DNA from: a virus
Strand: one strand, 5' to 3'
DNA: 64,000 nucleotides
Virus record (IMG/VR): IMGVR_UViG_3300030329_001736
Span: 1 to 64,000 of that record
How positions within the stretch are numbered: the stretch's first letter is position 1; each line of letters starts with the position of its first letter. Positions 45,710 through 54,297 of this stretch are shown here, in pieces. Made by a program: the position numbers and the translations under genes. A model generated the notes under the pieces. The model saw nothing but the letters and a program-made list of their open reading frames with translations, was not told the DNA's origin and searched no databases.

Positions 45710-46545
45710 GAGTATTAGTACCGTATAGTGGTCTAGGAACCAATAGTACTTATGGACTGTATCGCTGGTTAACAGAAACAGACTATGAAGTAGTAGCTAT
45801 GTTTTTAGATATATATTATTCTTCAGATGAATATACTGCTTTTGAAAGAGAACATTTTCACAGAGGAGTTAAATGGTTTAAAGATAATATAAGAGATTTT
45901 GAAACTATAGAAAGAAAATGTGAACAAGTATATTCTGATACTTATGAGCCAGTCAGAGAAAATTTTACTTTGAATGTGAAAACCGGTTCTTATAAAAATA
46001 TGAGAAAGGTTTATATAGATACTGCTAAAGAATATAAAGTTGATTTTTTAAGTAGTGGTAAGTCAGGAGAAGACACAAATGTTTCTTTGAACAAATCTGT
46101 TAGTATTTCAAAAGGATCAGATTATGATTATATTCATCCTTCTTGGTCTTTAACAGAACCAGTTACTTTAGAGAATAGAGATCAAGCAATAAAAGAAATG
46201 TCTGCTAAATGGAGTCAACGAGAAAAGTTACCACAAGAACTAAGAAATATTATTACTGATTGCACTTGTAAAGGTGATGGAGGAATATGTTATTTTTGCA
46301 CAGACTTACTTTTAAATGAAGTTCGTCCAGAAACAGGACAAGAGCTTGATGATGTTATACTAGAAAAATTATGTGCAGGAAAATTTAGACACTTAGCTGA
46401 TCCAAAAACTTTTAGACTAGACCAGCGAACAGTTACATATTTTAAGTTATTAGGTTATAACGAAGAACAATGGCTTGATCCAGTTACAAGAAAAGAATAC
46501 AAGGAAAAAGTTAAAGATATGTATGCAAAAGCAGGAAACATATGA
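45706..46545 (+). CDS. QueC-like PP-loop (adenine nucleotide alpha hydrolase) enzyme
   Basis: VLVPYSGLGTNST (degenerate SGGxDS) at the N-terminus; CTCKGDGGICYFC Zn motif. Confidence 0.6.
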   Translation: MRVLVPYSGLGTNSTYGLYRWLTETDYEVVAMFLDIYYSSDEYTAFEREHFHRGVKWFKDNIRDFETIERKCEQVYSDTYEPVRENFTLNVKTGSYKNMRKVYIDTAKEYKVDFLSSGKSGEDTNVSLNKSVSISKGSDYDYIHPSWSLTEPVTLENRDQAIKEMSAKWSQREKLPQELRNIITDCTCKGDGGICYFCTDLLLNEVRPETGQELDDVILEKLCAGKFRHLADPKTFRLDQRTVTYFKLLGYNEEQWLDPVTRKEYKEKVKDMYAKAGNI

Positions 46546-46940
46546 TAAAGAAAATATTATTCTTAGTAACTTTTTTAAGTTCTATTTTATTTTTTTCTAC
46601 GAATGTTAATGCTGAAGATAAAAAAGATAAGGAAATATATTGGCAGATTGGAGATGCAGTACTAACCATTATGGTTTGTAGAACTGAGGAAGATATTTTA
46701 GAAATAGGTTATGCTGATAGTCAATCTGCATTAAAACTAAATCAGTTAATTCAAATTAAAATTATGCAAAATAGTTGTCTAGTCTTTAATCCTCCTTTAC
46801 AATTAGAAGTATCTAAGATTGTAGGAGACTACAAAGATTATAACGGAAATAATACAACAATGGTTGGTGTTTCTCCTATACAGGAACCAGATAATATCTT
46901 AGGTTATTTAATAATATTAGGTAAACCTTTAACAATTTAG
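46542..46940 (+). CDS. Secreted hypothetical protein
   Basis: Signal peptide with VNA cleavage site; two Cys. Confidence 0.6.
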   Translation: MIKKILFLVTFLSSILFFSTNVNAEDKKDKEIYWQIGDAVLTIMVCRTEEDILEIGYADSQSALKLNQLIQIKIMQNSCLVFNPPLQLEVSKIVGDYKDYNGNNTTMVGVSPIQEPDNILGYLIILGKPLTI

Positions 46941-46953
46941 TAAGGGATGAAAA

Positions 46954-47880
46954 ATGGCGAGTACTTATACTTCTAGAATTAGATTAGAAAAGCAGGGAGA
47001 TGGAGAGAATCCTAATACTTGGGGTTTACGTCTTAATCAGAATGTTATTGATTTGCTTGATGAAGCTGTAGCTGCATACGTTACTGTTTCTGTATCTAAT
47101 GCTAATGTAACTCTATCTGCTAATAATGGAACTACTGATCAGTCTAGGTCACCTTTTATTGAACTACAAGGAGAGGTAACTTCTAATCTTAATGTTATTG
47201 TTCCTAGTGTAGATAAGGGTTATACAATTAATGATAAAACAACTAGAAATCCAGCAGGAAGCACAGTTACACTAAAGACTGCTACAGGAACAGGAACTGA
47301 AGTTAAGGTAGGAAGAATTGCTCAGTTTGTATGTGATAGTGTTTCTGTTCATCCAGTAGAAGGATACACAAGTGTAAGTGATGTATATGCAGGAACTAAT
47401 AATACCTTTACTGGTACAAATACTTTTAGTGGTTTAGCTAGTTTTACTAGTGCTACATCGTTTAACACTAGTGTTTCAGTAAAAGATTTAAGAATTACTG
47501 AAGGGCGCATAGAAGATGTTAGTGTTTCTGTTGCTTCTATAGTACACGCAAGTGTTACCAGAGGTATTATGCCTTTTACTTCTCTTACTGATGGTGCAAC
47601 TATTACAATAGACTTTAATACAGGAAATAACTTTTGTGTGACATTAGGAGGTAACAGAACTTTAGCTAACCAAACTAATGGTACAGTAGGACAAACAGGG
47701 TATATTTACGTTAAACAAGATGGAACAGGAGGTAGAACTTTAACCTTTGGTAACTGGTGGAAATTTAGCGGAGGAGAGACGCCTGAACTAACAAGTGTTG
47801 CAAATTCTGTTGATATGCTTGTTTATAATATACGAGAGACAGAAAAAGTAGATACTGTTTTTATAGCTGATTTTAAATAG
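46954..47880 (+). CDS. Tail fibre/adaptor protein
   Basis: MASTY...LE....GEN..TWG...N N-terminus; C-terminal QDGTGGRTL domain. Confidence 0.75.
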   Translation: MASTYTSRIRLEKQGDGENPNTWGLRLNQNVIDLLDEAVAAYVTVSVSNANVTLSANNGTTDQSRSPFIELQGEVTSNLNVIVPSVDKGYTINDKTTRNPAGSTVTLKTATGTGTEVKVGRIAQFVCDSVSVHPVEGYTSVSDVYAGTNNTFTGTNTFSGLASFTSATSFNTSVSVKDLRITEGRIEDVSVSVASIVHASVTRGIMPFTSLTDGATITIDFNTGNNFCVTLGGNRTLANQTNGTVGQTGYIYVKQDGTGGRTLTFGNWWKFSGGETPELTSVANSVDMLVYNIRETEKVDTVFIADFK

Positions 47881-47901
47881 GAATACTAGTAAGGATAACA
47901 C

Positions 47902-49785
47902 ATGTCTTCTACTACTTCCAGATTATCTAAGTTAAATCTTAAACCGGGATTTCACAGAGAATCAACTCAATACTCTGAAGAGGGGCGTTGGTTTGATGGA
48001 GATCGTGTGCGTTTCAGAGAAGGAAAGCCAGAAAATTTAAGAGGCTATAATAAATTTACATTAGATGATAACAGAACACTTGAAGGTATTGGCAGAGATT
48101 TAATAACTTGGTCACGAAATAATTCACAAAAACTTCTTTCTGTAGGAACAGAGAAGAAACTTTATATTGTAGATGGTTCTTTCCCTTATGATGTAACACC
48201 TATTGTTACTGTAGTTTCTATAGGTAATAGTGGAACACAAGGTAATCTTAGTACTGTATCTGGTCAAAATAGAATTTATGTAAGTATTACAAATAATAAT
48301 GTAAGTGTAGGAGATTTTGTAGAATTTACTTCTGCTTCTACTAATGGATTTAGCCAAGGAACAGACTTTGCTGTTACTGCGTTTGGTGGTCCTGTTTATG
48401 AAGTTGTTAATGTTTCAGGTGTAAATAATTTTAGTGTATCTGTTAACTATTCTTCTAATGCAACACAGACAGGACCGGGACAAGCTACTGCACATTTTCT
48501 TTTACCTACTGGATCAAATGATAGTATCCAAGGAACTGGATATGGTGCAGGAAACTATCTTGCAGGAACAAATGATCCTTCTGCAAGAGCATGGAATGAA
48601 CCTGCAGCTACGTCTAATATTGTTTTTGCTGCTTCTCAGTGGTCACTAGATACATTTGGTGAAGATTTGTTAGGTGTTAGAAGAGGAAATAAATTATGTC
48701 ATTGGGATGCAGATGCCAGTGTAACGCCAGTAAGAGCTAATATTATTTCTGGAAGTCCTGATCAAATAAATAGTATTGTTGTATCTCCTAATGATAGGCA
48801 TGTTATTGCATTAGGTGCAAATGAATTTGCTACTGGTACTTTTAATCCTATGCTTATTAGATGGGCAGATCAATTAAATTTTAATAACTGGACTCCTGCT
48901 ATTACTAATACAGCAGGAGAACTGGTTGTAGTAGACGGTACAGAAATCATTGCTGGTATTAGAACCAGAAGCTCTATTCTTATTTGGACAGATAATGCTT
49001 TGTATGGTTTACAATTTGTTGGTCCTCCGTTTACATTTAGTATTCAACAGTTAGGGTCTAATTGTGGACTTATAGGACAACATGGAGCAATAGCTGTAGA
49101 CTCTGCCTCTTTCTGGATGAGCAACGATAACTTCTATGTTTTTGATGGAACTGTAAGAAAATTAGATTGTACTGTTAGAAGACATCTATATGATAATTTT
49201 AATATGACGCAGAAAGATAAAGTTTTTTGTGCTACTAATTCAGAGTTCCACGAAATTATTTGGTTGTATCCTTCAGAAAGTTCTTCTGAACCTGACTCAT
49301 ATATTATCTATAACTATGAGGAAAATACTTGGGTATATGGGTCTAGTTTCTATACTACTTTTTCTGATGATCATGTATTTGATAATACCATTACAACAGG
49401 AAGAGTTAGTGCTTCTGATGATACTCGTATATGGAACAATGAACCTGAGAATATTTTTACTGGAGATGGTAAAGCACTAACTTCTTTCTTAGAATCTGCT
49501 GATTTTGATTTGCAAGATGGTGCAGATATAATGTTTGTTAATAGAGTTATCCCTGATCTTACTTTTGGATCAGGTACTAATTTAACTTTTACTATTAATT
49601 TAAAAGATTATCCTGCTGATTCAACTACGCAAAAAGGACCGTATACTTTAAATTCAGGAATAAAAAAAGTAGATTTAAGAGCTAGAGGAAGACAAGCTAA
49701 TGTTCGTGTCTCTACTTCTGATTTAGGTGCAGAGTGGAGATGGGGTAATGTTAGGGTAGCCTTACAGCCAGATGGTAAACGATAA
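47902..49785 (+). CDS. Tail tubular/stabilisation (nozzle) protein
   Basis: PG..RE.T.Y..EG.W.D.D.VRFR.G.PE, IRW.DQ, R.RGRQ, PDGKR end. Confidence 0.8.
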   Translation: MSSTTSRLSKLNLKPGFHRESTQYSEEGRWFDGDRVRFREGKPENLRGYNKFTLDDNRTLEGIGRDLITWSRNNSQKLLSVGTEKKLYIVDGSFPYDVTPIVTVVSIGNSGTQGNLSTVSGQNRIYVSITNNNVSVGDFVEFTSASTNGFSQGTDFAVTAFGGPVYEVVNVSGVNNFSVSVNYSSNATQTGPGQATAHFLLPTGSNDSIQGTGYGAGNYLAGTNDPSARAWNEPAATSNIVFAASQWSLDTFGEDLLGVRRGNKLCHWDADASVTPVRANIISGSPDQINSIVVSPNDRHVIALGANEFATGTFNPMLIRWADQLNFNNWTPAITNTAGELVVVDGTEIIAGIRTRSSILIWTDNALYGLQFVGPPFTFSIQQLGSNCGLIGQHGAIAVDSASFWMSNDNFYVFDGTVRKLDCTVRRHLYDNFNMTQKDKVFCATNSEFHEIIWLYPSESSSEPDSYIIYNYEENTWVYGSSFYTTFSDDHVFDNTITTGRVSASDDTRIWNNEPENIFTGDGKALTSFLESADFDLQDGADIMFVNRVIPDLTFGSGTNLTFTINLKDYPADSTTQKGPYTLNSGIKKVDLRARGRQANVRVSTSDLGAEWRWGNVRVALQPDGKR

Positions 49786-50057
49786 TGATTTATCCTGAAC
49801 TACCTACATATGGACGAAAAATAGAAGATGAAGAATTAAAGAAAATGTACAGGGATATTACTTCTTGGGCTTCTCAATTAAAAAATCTATTAGAGATCAG
49901 AGATATTCAAGTTGATAGTACTCCTTCTACTACAATTTTTTCTGTAGTTACTGTAACATCTATAGGTAGACCTGCAAGTGGAGATGTAGCTTTCTCTATA
50001 GGCGAAGGAAAATTTAAAGGATATGTTAGCGGAACAGGATGGGTAGACTTTAACTGA
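49785..50057 (+). CDS. Small structural hypothetical protein
   Basis: Translationally coupled; G.FKGY....GWVDF motif. Confidence 0.55.
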   Translation: MIYPELPTYGRKIEDEELKKMYRDITSWASQLKNLLEIRDIQVDSTPSTTIFSVVTVTSIGRPASGDVAFSIGEGKFKGYVSGTGWVDFN

Positions 50058-50266
50058 TGGCAATGACACAAAGACAAAAGATTTTGGATATATTATACAA
50101 CAGTACTTATATCCAGAATATGAATAAAGGTTATATAGAAAGCACAGAGGATAAGGGTATGGCGTATCCTAACAATTCGGTGTATAATAACCCCAACACT
50201 TTACATGCAGATATGACTAAATCTCAGTCTAACTATATGAATCCCAAACAAGCAAAGGTAATTTAG
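50057..50266 (+). CDS. Hypothetical protein
   Basis: TGATG coupling to the upstream gene. Confidence 0.45.
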   Translation: MAMTQRQKILDILYNSTYIQNMNKGYIESTEDKGMAYPNNSVYNNPNTLHADMTKSQSNYMNPKQAKVI

Positions 50267-50268
50267 TA

Positions 50269-53200
50269 ATGGCGTATATGGTAAACAGGGACGCTCCTTA
50301 TAGTGGTTTAGCTACTCTTATGAACATGAGAGATAATAATCCAAATACTCAGTTGGCTTATGTACCTACTCGCGATGTAGAGATGCGCTATGACACTATC
50401 TATAACCCGTCTACTGGTATACCTCAAGCAGTAGGTGTTTCTTCCTTCAATGAAGGAGGTGCTATTGGTTTTGCTCCTCCAGTACCAGAAGCAGAATATA
50501 TGGATAAGTTAGGAGAACTACAAAAAGAGTTGTTATCTACTTTACCTCGTCCTGCTAGACCTAATTTTAATGCGCCTTCACCACTAGCAAGGACTCCTAT
50601 GCCTATGTTTGATAGCTCTTATACACCTCCTCAAGGAGGTCGTGGAGCAGGTAAAGGAACTTCTATGCCTCCTATGCCTCCTATGCCTCCTATGCCTCCT
50701 CAAGGAGGTCGTGGAGCAGGTAAGGGACCGGCTGGTCAAACAGGTACAGGACCAGTTATAACAGGATTACCTGATGGTTTGGTCGTAGATAGGTTTCCTC
50801 CTAGTATGCCTAATCCTATTCATCCTGATATGGTAACAGCACAGATTGAACCGAAACTACCTACACCTAGTATGCCTACTCCTGCTACACCTAGTATGCC
50901 TACTACACCTAGTATGCCTACTACTCCTTTACCTGATACAGCTCTGACAGAACTAAACGATTTAAAAAATTTAATTGATAGTAGACATCCTGTTACAACT
51001 CAACCGGCTACTCCTACTATGCCTACTCCTAGTATGCCAAGTTATCCTATACCTACTCTCCATACTCCTAGTATGCCAAGTTATCCTATGCCTACTCTCC
51101 CTAATCAACCACAACCGCAACCGAATAAACCTGTATATGATCAGTATGGTTATGTACAGTCAGGTTACGAAGGTGGATACCGTCCACCAACTAATAATAA
51201 TAACACTAATAATCTTACTGGTCTTACTGGTATTGGTGGTGGTTTAGCAGGTATCATGGGGCATCGCGCTGCTGGTGGTAGTGTAGCTAGTAAAGCTGAT
51301 GAAGTAGCTTCCTATGGTAGATACGGAGATACTACTCTTGTTCATATGACACCAAGAGAAGTAAGTGGTCTAGCTTCTTTAGGTCAACTTACTATTAATC
51401 CTGATACGGGATTACCTGAAGCTTTTAGTCTAGGCAGTATTATGCCTATTGTAGCAAATGTAGCATTAGGTGTTGCGACGGGAGGAATGTCTGTTCCTAT
51501 GCAGATGGCTGTAATGGGCGGTGCTAATCTATTTATGGGTCTGGCTCAAGGACAAGACTTTGGAGATGCTTTACTGGGTGCTGCTCTTAGTGCGGGTAGT
51601 ACTGGAATAATGAGAGGTCTTGGTAGTGGTCTGTTTAGTGGTGCTGCAAGTGGTGGTGCAGATGCTGCTGCTGCTGGTTCTTTAGCTGGTGGTGCAGATG
51701 CTGCTTTAGCAAGTAATGCTGTTCCTACATTTGCAGAAGGTGCTTTAGCTCTTCCGACAGCTACTCAGATAGAGGCAGGAATTCTACCACCGGGATTTGG
51801 GGGTGTTACTGCTGATACTTATTTAGCTGATGCTATTAGTACACATGGAGGTGAACTAGGTGGAGTAGGTCAAGCAATGAGTCCTGTTTCTCCTCCTAAA
51901 TCTCCCTCTTTTTTGTCTAACGTGACAGATTTTATTAAAGATAATCCTGTTAAAACAGGTCTTTTAGGTTTAGGTTTAGGTTCTGCTTTTCTTGGAGGAG
52001 AACCAGAACAACTAGATAATGAGCCAACTATAGCCCCGCGAAAACCTCTTGAATTTACAGGACATGAAGCTAAAGGTCCATTTACAGAACAACAACTGCT
52101 AGACTTAGCTCTTAAAGGAGAAACATTTGATGAAGATGGTGAGCGTATTGATTATGATCTCTTTACTCCCGGTAGGGGTGAAGGTGGACAATGGTACGTT
52201 AGTAAAAATGAAGGTGGTTTAGTTGGAATACCTCAAACTAAACAAAGAAGTAATGTAACTAATTATATGTTTGACAAAAAACAGGGGGCAGTTTCTCCAT
52301 TTAATATCTTTGAAGTAGGTAAGGGTTTAGGAAGTATGGGGAAGAAAAATAATTCTACTCTTATGCAACTAGCTACTGGTGGACAACCAAGATCAAATGT
52401 TGCTGATATGATAAATCCTATGTCAAGACCTGTAGAATTTCCTAGAATGATTTCTCCCTCTGTTTTTAGTTATGATAATTTATTAAAGAGAGCGGCAGAG
52501 AAAGAAGAAGTAGAAGGCTTTGAATCTCCTGATGCTTATCAAAAAAGGCATGAGGAGATACTAGAAAAACTTCTAAAAGATATGAAGAATATTTCTACAA
52601 TACTTCCTGAAGAAAAAGAACCTGTAGTTGCTGCCCCTGAACCTTTGATTGAGGAGCCTGATGATTCTACTTTTGCAGACGGTGATCCTGATCAAGGTAT
52701 GGGTCCACCTTCAGGAGTAGGTGTAGATGCAGCAGCGGCAGCGGCAATGGGTATGGCAGATGATGAAGCAGATGTAGGTGCGGCAGCGGCGGCGGCAGCG
52801 GATGCGGCAGATGCAGCAGCAGCGGAAGCAGACGGGGTAGATGAAGCTTCTAGCGGAGATGAGTGGGCAAAGGGTGGTCTTATTGGTTTAGCTAAAGGTG
52901 GTAAACTAAACTATTATGATGAAGCTTTTGACAGTCTTTATAAGTTAGGTGTTAAATTTCCTGAACTTGAAAGTATGTTAGCAGGAGAAACTGAATCTTC
53001 CCTTCCATTAGAACAAAGATTAAGGAGAGTTAACCCTAAAAGTAAAGCAACAGGTTTATTTCAATTTATACCTAAAACAGCTAAAGACTTAGGAACAACT
53101 ACATCTAAAATTAAAAACATGTCAGCAAAAGAACAAGCTGATCTTTATGCTAAATATTTAAAAAAGTATAAATGGAAGCCGGGAATTCCTCTTGGTATGA

Positions 53201-53862
53201 TGCAAGCTGCACCAAGTATGGCTAACAAACCAGATGATCATATTGTTTACAAGAAGGGAAGCAAAGCATACAAACAAAATCCTAATTGGGTTGGACCTGA
53301 CGGAGAAATCAGGGTAGAAAGCATAAAAAAATACTATGATCCTAACTATAATGTGAAACCTGAAGAAGAATCAGATAGTAGTTCAGGTCTATTAGAAATG
53401 TTGCAAAACTTATTTACAAGTCAAGACGACAATACTATTACTATTAGTAAAGGAGATACTTTATTTGATATATCAAAAGAGTATGGTATACCTTTGCCAG
53501 AGATACTACAAAAGAACCCTAGTATTACAGACCCTAATCTTATTAGGGAAGGACAGGTTATTAACAAATATCAAGGTGGCTCCGTCAACCCTTATTTTGA
53601 AGGACAAGTTATAGGTAAAGGAGATGGTCAGTCTGATCAAATTCTCTTTGAGGTAGAAGGAAAGAATCCTGATATGGCTTTGCTAAGTAGAGATGAGTAC
53701 GTTCTTCCTGCAGATGCAGTAGCTATGCTAGGTAATGGTTCTTCTAATGCAGGTGCAAAAGAGCTTGATCAGTTCGTAAAAAATTTAAGACAGCAATCTT
53801 TCGGAACACAACAACAGCAGAAAAGATTAAATCCCCAGAAAGGATTGTCAGCATTAGTATAG
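50269..53862 (+). CDS. Modular ejection protein with lytic transglycosylase-like and LysM domains
   Basis: ESS...NP.S.ATGLFQFIP.TA; KGDTLFDISKEYG...NP.I.DPNLI.EGQ; C-terminal GDGQSD...LS.DEYV.PAD domain; repeated xxGG motifs. Confidence 0.75.
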   Translation: MAYMVNRDAPYSGLATLMNMRDNNPNTQLAYVPTRDVEMRYDTIYNPSTGIPQAVGVSSFNEGGAIGFAPPVPEAEYMDKLGELQKELLSTLPRPARPNFNAPSPLARTPMPMFDSSYTPPQGGRGAGKGTSMPPMPPMPPMPPQGGRGAGKGPAGQTGTGPVITGLPDGLVVDRFPPSMPNPIHPDMVTAQIEPKLPTPSMPTPATPSMPTTPSMPTTPLPDTALTELNDLKNLIDSRHPVTTQPATPTMPTPSMPSYPIPTLHTPSMPSYPMPTLPNQPQPQPNKPVYDQYGYVQSGYEGGYRPPTNNNNTNNLTGLTGIGGGLAGIMGHRAAGGSVASKADEVASYGRYGDTTLVHMTPREVSGLASLGQLTINPDTGLPEAFSLGSIMPIVANVALGVATGGMSVPMQMAVMGGANLFMGLAQGQDFGDALLGAALSAGSTGIMRGLGSGLFSGAASGGADAAAAGSLAGGADAALASNAVPTFAEGALALPTATQIEAGILPPGFGGVTADTYLADAISTHGGELGGVGQAMSPVSPPKSPSFLSNVTDFIKDNPVKTGLLGLGLGSAFLGGEPEQLDNEPTIAPRKPLEFTGHEAKGPFTEQQLLDLALKGETFDEDGERIDYDLFTPGRGEGGQWYVSKNEGGLVGIPQTKQRSNVTNYMFDKKQGAVSPFNIFEVGKGLGSMGKKNNSTLMQLATGGQPRSNVADMINPMSRPVEFPRMISPSVFSYDNLLKRAAEKEEVEGFESPDAYQKRHEEILEKLLKDMKNISTILPEEKEPVVAAPEPLIEEPDDSTFADGDPDQGMGPPSGVGVDAAAAAAMGMADDEADVGAAAAAAADAADAAAAEADGVDEASSGDEWAKGGLIGLAKGGKLNYYDEAFDSLYKLGVKFPELESMLAGETESSLPLEQRLRRVNPKSKATGLFQFIPKTAKDLGTTTSKIKNMSAKEQADLYAKYLKKYKWKPGIPLGMMQAAPSMANKPDDHIVYKKGSKAYKQNPNWVGPDGEIRVESIKKYYDPNYNVKPEEESDSSSGLLEMLQNLFTSQDDNTITISKGDTLFDISKEYGIPLPEILQKNPSITDPNLIREGQVINKYQGGSVNPYFEGQVIGKGDGQSDQILFEVEGKNPDMALLSRDEYVLPADAVAMLGNGSSNAGAKELDQFVKNLRQQSFGTQQQQKRLNPQKGLSALV
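50626..51100 (+). repeat. Pro/Met-rich tandem micro-repeats
   Basis: 29-mer at 50626 and 50695; cctatgcct arrays; cctagtatgcc arrays. Confidence 0.85.
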
Positions 53863-53863
53863 T

Positions 53864-54295
53864 ATGAAATTAATTAAGATTGAGCAGAATTGTACTCAAA
53901 TTACTTTTCCTTATGTGTCTCATTTATTAGAGAAGGCTATAGAACATAGTGACGGAGAATATTTAATAGGCGATATTTACTCTAGTTTACTGGATGGTAG
54001 ATTAAATTTATGGGTAGGTTGTTCAGAAGAAAGAAAGAGAATAGTCTTTGCAGGAGTTACCTCTTTAATTGGCTACCCACAATATAATGCATTGTTAATA
54101 TCACATATAGGATCAGAGACTAATGAATTTATGAGACACATAGAAGATATGTGGAACGAGAACTCTGAATTAATGAAGTACATAAAACTAAATAATGTTA
54201 AGAAGGTAGAGATTTTAGGAAGAAGTGGTTGGCTTAGAGCTTTGAGTAAAGTTGGTTTTAAAAAGTCATATACAGCATTAACAAAGGATATATAA
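53864..54295 (+). CDS. GNAT-like protein
   Basis: LW......GVT....YP....L.....G and E..GR.GW.R.L...GF; sits between two ejection genes. Confidence 0.6.
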   Translation: MKLIKIEQNCTQITFPYVSHLLEKAIEHSDGEYLIGDIYSSLLDGRLNLWVGCSEERKRIVFAGVTSLIGYPQYNALLISHIGSETNEFMRHIEDMWNENSELMKYIKLNNVKKVEILGRSGWLRALSKVGFKKSYTALTKDI

Positions 54296-54297
54296 CT

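Noticed and set aside
45706-46545. 7-deazaguanine DNA modification pathway
   Set aside because: Only a divergent QueC-like gene is present, with no partner genes in the window, and its context is a tail module. It cannot be fully excluded outside the window.
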